Below are positions 57,307-64,000 of a DNA stretch of 64,000 nucleotides, piece by piece (within the stretch, counting starts at the first letter, position 1; each line of letters starts with the position of its first letter). The DNA is from Rubripirellula sp. Lineage in GTDB: Bacteria > Planctomycetota > Planctomycetia > Pirellulales > Pirellulaceae. The DNA is taken from assembly GCA_965216875.1 (NCBI GenBank), contig OZ244207.1, forward strand, positions 4,000,001-4,064,000. Reading direction: 5' to 3'. The position numbers and the translations under genes were made by a program. The notes under the pieces were generated by a model that had not been told where the DNA came from, did no database searches, and saw only the letters and a program-made list of their open reading frames with translations.

Positions 57307-60300
57307 TTACTGACGAATGAACTTCAGCAGATCCGATAACTCGGTGTCGCTGATCGATTCGCCGAGGTTGCTTGGCATCAGCGATCGGCCCGCTTCTTTG
57401 CGGCGTTCGATTTCATCAACCTCGATGCGATGTTCCTTGCCCTGGTTGTCCACGATGGTGACTTGTTGGTCGTCTTCAGCGCGGACCAGACCAATCAGGA
57501 CACGGCCGTCGTCGAGCAAGAAGCTTGTCGAACGAAAGGCTTTGTCGACGTTTTGATCGGGCGTCAAAATATCTTCGAGCAAACGTGCAGCGGTTCGCGT
57601 CACGGCTCCATCAAGTTGCGGGCCGACCACGACTCCTTTGCCGCGCAGTTGGTGACAGTTCATGCAGTGCTTCTTGAAGACCTCACCACCGCGTGAAGCG
57701 TTTCCACTAGCAACGTCGATCGAGTCTTGCAGCTTCGCCAAGCGTTCGGCTGCTTCTCCCTGCGGCTGCACGTCTGCCGTAAGACGCTCGAAGGTTTTCT
57801 TTTGAACGTCATCGAGTCGTGGCAGAAGCGATGCAGAGACATTGGCGTCGGCAATCGCAGCGCGACCAATCAGTCCTTGTTGGGTCCAATCGAGCAAGGT
57901 TCCTGGTCGACCGCCACCGGCGCTCCATGCGGCCGCAAAATCGCGTTGCTGACGCGCCGTCAACGTCGCCAACCATTTCTGTGCCGACTCATCATAAGAA
58001 ACAGGGTCGTCGGCCAAAGCGTGTTGGACCAGAGTCGTCTGCAACGATCGTGGCGTCGGGGTTTCCTTGACTCGACTTAACAGGATCTGCCGGTCGGTGT
58101 GACCGCGAAGCGTGCAAAGCGTGGTGGCAAAGTCGAGCTCAAGCAGCGGAGAGAGGTTGCCGCTGGCAACCAGTTGCTCGAGCGATGGTTCGAAACGTTT
58201 CAAACGCAGACGCTGAATCCATTGATTGGCCTTTTGCAGTGACGCGGTGGACTCAAGATCCATGACCCAAGCCGGTTCAAATCCGCCGACCGCTAGCCAT
58301 GCGTACGCGTTACCGTTGTCGCCATCGACGCACTCAAGATGGACCGGACGCCCGTCCATGGAGGTGAGGTCCCAGCGAACTCGATAAGCCGTATCATTGC
58401 GCGGCGGAAACGCTTCTTTGACAACTCGGCCAGTCTCCGATTCGACGAGCCGGACGCCGTTTTTTCGGTGATCCTCCTCGTCGGGGTGTCCATTGTGACC
58501 AGCGAGCCAGAAGTGGATGCTTTGCGGCGCAGCGAAGCGGTCACTGCGCAGCGTGCCGGTGTATCGCTCGCCGCGCGTGATGCTGTCCACCAAGTCGGCT
58601 TCCGTTTGATTCTCGGACCAAACCTTCCGAGCCCGACGGGCCCACATCGTGCCGTCGCTGGTTGTCCAAGTCACGGTCGGCCGCGGGCTTTCGTTCGTCG
58701 TCTGCTCACCAAGCTCGCTTGCAACCAACGCTTCCGCCCAACCGGCGAGCGCGTCGTTGGAGCGCGCCGATGCTGTCCCCTGGGCGGTAACGAGCGTCTC
58801 AAGCAAACGCCACTGGTCCTGTTGGTCCGTCGCGATACTCTTTGCGACTTCGATGCACTCACTCAGGTCCTCGTCGGCGACATGATTGACCAAGTGACTG
58901 AGTAACTCGCTGCGATCCTTCGTATTGGGATGCTTCCTCAAGAACGCAAGCAACGGCTCCGAAACCTTCGGGTCGGACAATCCAAGCAGGATCGACGCGA
59001 GTTCGACGTTTGCGGGCTCTCGCCAAAGCGGATCGGTTGCCGGCGTGCGATCTAGGATGTCACGCATTGTGATGCGAAACGTTTGCCGAAGGATGACATC
59101 GTCTGCATCAACGTTGCCGAGATGTTCAAGCAGCGTTGCGACGTCGCCGGCATTCCCCAATTCACGTAGCGCTTCCGCAGCAGCTTGCACCACGAAAGCG
59201 TTGGAATCAGCCAGCAGGTCGATGCAAACAGAATGCAGCGCTGCGGGCGGAGCGTTCGCAGCAAGCTGACGCATCGCTTCGACGCGAATTCGCGGGTCGT
59301 GATCCTTACAAAGGGAAAGAAGGTCAACCGTTTCGATCTTGCCGGTGCGGCGCAACGCGTGAATCTCGGCGACCCGCTCTTGAGTGTTTGAGGCAGGCGT
59401 TTGGGATGCGGCATGCTTGTCGCCAACGTACCGAATTTGCCAAATGCGACCGCTGGTTCGATCACGACCCGGATGATCGAGCGGCACTTCGTAGTGTCCA
59501 ATGATCCGATTGTAAAAATCGGTCACGTAAATGCATTCGTCGGGGCCAAGACGCAAGTCGACGGGACGAAACCAGGGGTCATCGCTGGTCAGGAAGTCGC
59601 CAAGTTCCGTTCCCACCGCCGTCGCACCCTGGTAGCTCAGGCGATTTCGGTTGATCCGTGACGTCATCACGTTGCCGCTAAGCAATTGGTCGCGCAGCGG
59701 GACGATGGGCGAATCAGGACCGAAGTGAACGATGCCGCATATCGCCGTGCTGCCGTGCAAGTGTTCCACCGTTGGTGGTACAAAGCCCAATCCGTCATGT
59801 GGTCGTCCAAAACTTGGGTAACACCCGCCACGCAGTAACTGTGTGATCGGTTTGCTGTGGCAGTCGGCAGAGTAAAAGAAGCCCCAATGATCCTGGGTCA
59901 TCCCAAAGGGATTGACCTGACCATGAGTGACCACTTCGATGCGGCTGCCATCCGGACGGAACCGAAACGTGTTCCCGGAACTCATCTTCACCGTGTGGCC
60001 ATCTTTGCCAGTCACTTCGCTTTGGTTGTTGAAACCGTGACACGCATAAATCCAGCCGTCGCCTCCATCACGCAGCGCATTGACCATCCCGTGGGTATCA
60101 CGTGTGGTGTCAAACGGCCCGAGCACGACTTCGCGGCGATCACATACACCGTCGTTGTCGGTGTCGCGCAGATACAAGATATTCGGGATGCTGAAACAGA
60201 GGCATCCGTCACCGTAGGGCAAGATGCCGATTGGGATATTGAGTTTGTCGGCGAACTTGGTGACCCGATCGGCGGTACCGTCACCGCTTGAGTCTTCAAG

Positions 60301-60762
60301 GATCATGACGGCATCGGACGGCTCGGCCTCCTTCGACGGATACGGATACTCGATGCTTTGCGTCAGCCAAACGCGAGTCTTGTTCTTTCCCGTTCCCTTT
60401 TCGTCAAAGGCGATGTTGAGCGGCTTGGCGATTTGAGGTTCAGACGCGAAAAGCCGAATCTCGAAACCCGGAGGAAGGTGGAAGCCGAGTCGTTCTTTTT
60501 CGGGTTCTAGCCAAGGCGTCGACCGGACGCCCTCGCCATAGACTGCTGCGGCCGTCTTGGGTTCTGCTGAAGCCTGGGCAAGCGAGTCGGTGGTCTGCGC
60601 GAAACTGTGTTGGCTACAAAACAACAACGGCATGATCGTCGCGATGACGCACGATCCAACGGGGCCAGTAAGAGCGTTTTTCAAAGGTGTTGCCGAGAGA
60701 GAGGTGGGGGCGGGGGTAGGGCTTGGTTCGCCGGTAAGACCGTCAGCAGTTGGTACGACCAA
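57307..60762 (-). CDS. PVC-type heme-binding CxxCH protein (membrane-bound dehydrogenase domain + HEAT + cytochrome c)
   Basis: LPPGFEI.LFA.EP, NPFG..D, D.WFRPVD...GPD..YV.D.Y, GRIW, CMNCH, GP.L, SLMP. Start uncertain. Confidence 0.88.
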   Translation of the reverse strand: MVVPTADGLTGEPSPTPAPTSLSATPLKNALTGPVGSCVIATIMPLLFCSQHSFAQTTDSLAQASAEPKTAAAVYGEGVRSTPWLEPEKERLGFHLPPGFEIRLFASEPQIAKPLNIAFDEKGTGKNKTRVWLTQSIEYPYPSKEAEPSDAVMILEDSSGDGTADRVTKFADKLNIPIGILPYGDGCLCFSIPNILYLRDTDNDGVCDRREVVLGPFDTTRDTHGMVNALRDGGDGWIYACHGFNNQSEVTGKDGHTVKMSSGNTFRFRPDGSRIEVVTHGQVNPFGMTQDHWGFFYSADCHSKPITQLLRGGCYPSFGRPHDGLGFVPPTVEHLHGSTAICGIVHFGPDSPIVPLRDQLLSGNVMTSRINRNRLSYQGATAVGTELGDFLTSDDPWFRPVDLRLGPDECIYVTDFYNRIIGHYEVPLDHPGRDRTSGRIWQIRYVGDKHAASQTPASNTQERVAEIHALRRTGKIETVDLLSLCKDHDPRIRVEAMRQLAANAPPAALHSVCIDLLADSNAFVVQAAAEALRELGNAGDVATLLEHLGNVDADDVILRQTFRITMRDILDRTPATDPLWREPANVELASILLGLSDPKVSEPLLAFLRKHPNTKDRSELLSHLVNHVADEDLSECIEVAKSIATDQQDQWRLLETLVTAQGTASARSNDALAGWAEALVASELGEQTTNESPRPTVTWTTSDGTMWARRARKVWSENQTEADLVDSITRGERYTGTLRSDRFAAPQSIHFWLAGHNGHPDEEDHRKNGVRLVESETGRVVKEAFPPRNDTAYRVRWDLTSMDGRPVHLECVDGDNGNAYAWLAVGGFEPAWVMDLESTASLQKANQWIQRLRLKRFEPSLEQLVASGNLSPLLELDFATTLCTLRGHTDRQILLSRVKETPTPRSLQTTLVQHALADDPVSYDESAQKWLATLTARQQRDFAAAWSAGGGRPGTLLDWTQQGLIGRAAIADANVSASLLPRLDDVQKKTFERLTADVQPQGEAAERLAKLQDSIDVASGNASRGGEVFKKHCMNCHQLRGKGVVVGPQLDGAVTRTAARLLEDILTPDQNVDKAFRSTSFLLDDGRVLIGLVRAEDDQQVTIVDNQGKEHRIEVDEIERRKEAGRSLMPSNLGESISDTELSDLLKFIRQ

Positions 60763-60861
60763 GACGCGTACGTCTTCAGTCTACTCGACTCGCCATCCCT
60801 GTTCGTAGTAATGACAGTGCGAAGAGGTGATTTGCTTGCCGAGGCAAACGTGCGCACCAAC

Positions 60862-60970
60862 AATCACCCTCCCGCTTGCGGGAGGGTCGGACGCAAAGTC
60901 CGGGGAGGGAACAATCGTTCCAAGACAGACCCTCTCCGGGCCTTAGAGCCCGACTCTCCCAAGGGAGAGT
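60862..60970. repeat. CCCTCCC..GGGAGGG-type REP
   Basis: AATCACCCTCCCGCTTGCGGGAGGGTCGG, identical to the copy at 57171. Confidence 0.7.
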
Positions 60971-61053
60971 GTTAGCCAAAGCGCAATTGCAATCTGTAGC
61001 TCTGCGCCTCCGGATTCCTTTCGGGAGATCGGCGAGCGGATATAATCCCGGAC

Positions 61054-61989
61054 ATGAACAGGAAATACGCGATCATTGGTGCCGGTGCTCTCGGTGGACT
61101 CTACGGTGGGATGCTGGCACGCCATGGCTTTGAGGTGCATTTTCTTTTCAACCGCGATTACGACCACGTTGTGGCAAACGGTCTGAAAGTTGACAGTACT
61201 TGGGGCAATTTTCATTTAGAGAACGTCAACGCACACGCCTCGGCTGCGACCATGCCAGCTTGCGATGTGACGCTCGTCGGTCTCAAGACAACCAACAACC
61301 ACTTGCTTCCCGAACTTCTTGCCCCGCCAACCCGAGACGACGGACTTGTGTTGGTCCTACAAAATGGGCTCGACGTGGAAGCCGACGCGGCAGCGATTGT
61401 CGGAAAAGACCGCGTGTTGGGTGGCTGCTGCTTCTTATGCAGCAACAAAGTGGGTCCCGGACACATTCACCACCTCGATTTTGGCCGGATTGTTTTTGGT
61501 GAATACGACCCGGCGACGCCACTCGACCTGCGTGCCGAGTCGATTTGCAAAGACATGACCGATGCGGGCATCGATGCACAAACGACCCACAATCTGCTGC
61601 TCGCTCGTTGGCGAAAATTGATGTGGAACATCCCGTTCAATGGTTTGTCCGTCGCACTCGATGCGACGACCAAAGACTTGGTCGACAACGCCGACTCACT
61701 TGCGCTCTGCGAAACGATCATCGCCGAAGTTCACTCGGCCGCGAAGGCGTGCGGCGTTGAGATTCCAACAGAGATGATGGAAAAGACGATCGACAACACC
61801 AAGAAGATGGTCCCCTACGACAGCAGCATGCGATTGGACTTTTTGAACAAGCGTCCGATGGAAATCGAATCCATCTTTGGCAACCCCATTCGCGCGGCGC
61901 GTGCGGCCGGTACCGCGATGCCGCAAGTCGAAATGCTGTACCGTCAGCTTCGCTTCATCGATCGCGAAAAAATCACTTCGTCATCGTGA
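61054..61989 (+). CDS. panE: 2-dehydropantoate 2-reductase
   Basis: IIGAGALGG.YG, LQNG, W.KL.WN.PFN, SSM..D, E.E.I.G. Confidence 0.85.
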   Translation: MNRKYAIIGAGALGGLYGGMLARHGFEVHFLFNRDYDHVVANGLKVDSTWGNFHLENVNAHASAATMPACDVTLVGLKTTNNHLLPELLAPPTRDDGLVLVLQNGLDVEADAAAIVGKDRVLGGCCFLCSNKVGPGHIHHLDFGRIVFGEYDPATPLDLRAESICKDMTDAGIDAQTTHNLLLARWRKLMWNIPFNGLSVALDATTKDLVDNADSLALCETIIAEVHSAAKACGVEIPTEMMEKTIDNTKKMVPYDSSMRLDFLNKRPMEIESIFGNPIRAARAAGTAMPQVEMLYRQLRFIDREKITSSS

Positions 61990-62091
61990 AATGGATTGCA
62001 AACTCTGACAATCACGATTGAGCGGCGATCGCGTAAGCGGCCTGAGTTTTTGCACCAACCTGCGCGTAGCAAGTGCCCGAGGTCTCACGGG

Positions 62092-63492
62092 CTAGGTCGC
62101 CGGAAGCGGCGCCGGAAGCGGCGCCGGAGTCAATTGCCGATCAGGCACATTCAAGTCCCCGGTTGCCAATCCCCGTGCGTAGACGGTCATCGCGATCCCG
62201 CCAAGGAAGAACAGGAACATGTGGACCATGGGAATGATCAAGACGTCTTGGAACATGCCGTTGCAGAAGTAGGCGATCAAGCCACCAAGCATCATCAAGC
62301 CGACACCGCGCTGATCGTTGCAGCCTGGACTTCGAGCCAATTGCCACGCGACGCCCGCGAGATTGACGAGCACGCCGACAAACAAGGTCAATCCAATCAG
62401 GCCTGAGTCGACCAGAATGGACAAAAAGATGTTGTGCTGTGCGTAGGGCCGAGCCGTTTCCAAGGGCAGGCCGTAGCTGCGGATTTCGTGGTACGGCGGC
62501 GAGTGTTCGAAATAGTGCCCGAACCCGTGCCCCACCAGCGGCTTGTCTTTGAACATTTCGTAGCCAACGATCGCCAACAGCGGTCGAAGTTGGACCGACT
62601 TTTCAGCATCCGCAGCCGTGAGGTGTTTGTCACGTTTGAGTCGCAATAATTGGTCCTTCAATCCCATTGCCATCGCGCCGCCGAACAAGATTGCCGTGGC
62701 CACTCCCAGCACACGTACCCAACGCGGTGCATGGACCATCGCGATGATACCAATGGTTGCCGCAGCACCGAGCCAAGCACTCCGTGTCAGCGTTGCGTAG
62801 ACTCCGCCCATGATCACCACCGTCGCAATCGCGTAAAGCAGCTTGCCTTGGCGGTCGCTTCGGAAGAAGCCTAGGACCGAAGCGACCAACGCGATCGACA
62901 TGACGATCCCGTTTCCGGCGGGATTGAGCAGTGGACCGCGACCACGTCCGTAAAACTCCCACGTCTCGGCGCTGACGATAAACTTGGGAAAGACCAGACT
63001 GTGCAAACCGGTGACTTCGCAGACAGCGGTGACGGCAAGGTAGACGCCGAGCGCGACCATTGCATTCATGAACCAGCGAACGTCGCGCTGATGCAGTTGG
63101 ACAAATCGACTGATCATGTACATTCCAACAGGCATGGCGATGTAAAAGATCCATCGCGCCGTCGGGGAACCTCCCGCGGGTGCTCCGCCGCCAGTGACCG
63201 CACTGACCAGAAGCCAGCCAGTGAGCGCGATCAGCATCCAATCGACTCGACTCGGTTTGGAAAGGGTCAGCAATCCCATTCGCCATCGAATCGCGAGGAT
63301 ACCGAACATGGCGACCCAAAGGATTCGATCGGCGCTGAATTGAATCGGTCCATTGAGTGCAAAGAAGGCTGGCCCGAACACGGTACCAACGATCAACACC
63401 GTCGTGGCAAGTGGTGTCATTCGTCCGCTCTGGACGATCGGGATCATCCACACCATAGCGGCGAGACCAAATAAGACTGCAAGGAACGTCAC
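62092..63492 (-). CDS. O-antigen ligase/Wzy-like polymerase family protein
   Basis: R..GP..NP, T.TRS.W, S...R, PL.G.GFG, HN.FL...V..G.IG. Confidence 0.85.
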   Translation of the reverse strand: MTFLAVLFGLAAMVWMIPIVQSGRMTPLATTVLIVGTVFGPAFFALNGPIQFSADRILWVAMFGILAIRWRMGLLTLSKPSRVDWMLIALTGWLLVSAVTGGGAPAGGSPTARWIFYIAMPVGMYMISRFVQLHQRDVRWFMNAMVALGVYLAVTAVCEVTGLHSLVFPKFIVSAETWEFYGRGRGPLLNPAGNGIVMSIALVASVLGFFRSDRQGKLLYAIATVVIMGGVYATLTRSAWLGAAATIGIIAMVHAPRWVRVLGVATAILFGGAMAMGLKDQLLRLKRDKHLTAADAEKSVQLRPLLAIVGYEMFKDKPLVGHGFGHYFEHSPPYHEIRSYGLPLETARPYAQHNIFLSILVDSGLIGLTLFVGVLVNLAGVAWQLARSPGCNDQRGVGLMMLGGLIAYFCNGMFQDVLIIPMVHMFLFFLGGIAMTVYARGLATGDLNVPDRQLTPAPLPAPLPAT

Positions 63493-63998
63493 GACTGAGT
63501 TCCTTTCAGGCTGATTTTCTGGGCACTCTCAGGAGTGCGGCCGCCCGTTAGCATCGCAACGGCCGACGGCACGAGTCGATTCATTAGCGTCGCAGCAACA
63601 AAGCAGATCACAATCGCCGTCGGAAAGGTGACGTAGAACCAACCCGGCTTATCCATCGTCGATTCCGCAACCCGCTCGACGACCGCGCGCAACGGAAACT
63701 CGTGAACGAGGTAGACGAAGAATGCCATTCCGCTAAGGCGAACAAGGACTTCACTACGAATCTTCCAACAGCAGGCGAACAACGCACCGCACCCGACGAC
63801 GATCGAGATCTTGTGCATCAGCAAGTTGGTGATCGAGTAATCGCCGCGGTACCAACAGTCAAAATCGGCTCGCATCATGATGCGCGTCACGACCAGGTCG
63901 AACCAGAGAATCATCAAACCGGCAACGGCTGACACGCTCAGTTTGCCGAGGCTTTCCACCATCCAGCTTCGATCGACGAGCGCTGCGCCGATGGAAAA
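63489..63998 (-). CDS. Acyltransferase-3 family membrane protein (5' part outside window)
   Basis: Frame open to the window edge; LS..AFFVYL.H.P and LTGGR C-terminal motifs. Confidence 0.7.
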   Translation of the reverse strand, partial: FSIGAALVDRSWMVESLGKLSVSAVAGLMILWFDLVVTRIMMRADFDCWYRGDYSITNLLMHKISIVVGCGALFACCWKIRSEVLVRLSGMAFFVYLVHEFPLRAVVERVAESTMDKPGWFYVTFPTAIVICFVAATLMNRLVPSAVAMLTGGRTPESAQKISLKGTQS

Positions 63999-64000
63999 GA

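Overview
Planctomycete (Pirellulaceae-like) chromosomal window. The assignment rests on DUF1559, planctomycete extracellular 'RRL.IE.LE.R..LA' leaders, a PVC-type heme-binding protein and DUF4175/prenyltransferase genes. Main contents: (1) the end of a VWA/DUF4175/prenyltransferase operon; (2) two giant surface proteins; (3) an M16 peptidase; (4) a ~11.5 kb metal (probably zinc-limitation) island with rcnA-like, folE2, a hisI paralog, MerC-like, a His-rich beta-propeller, a DUF1559 cassette, an ArsR/SmtB-Fur pair and a Cys-rich ABC cassette; (5) an octaheme cytochrome; (6) tRNA-Val and rpsU; (7) a YtrA/GntR-ABC operon; (8) panE and polysaccharide genes; (9) many REP-like palindromes. Highlights missed by the ORF track: two genes interrupted by an in-frame TGA at a Cys-like position, each followed by a bacterial SECIS-like hairpin (candidate new selenoproteins: a CGGGG-U-GGGSC/HEAT protein and a DUF1573-like protein), and an OpgG/OpgD (GH186 beta-1,2-glucanase)-like domain embedded in a secreted surface protein. 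All family calls come from motif recognition by eye; no database searches were run.
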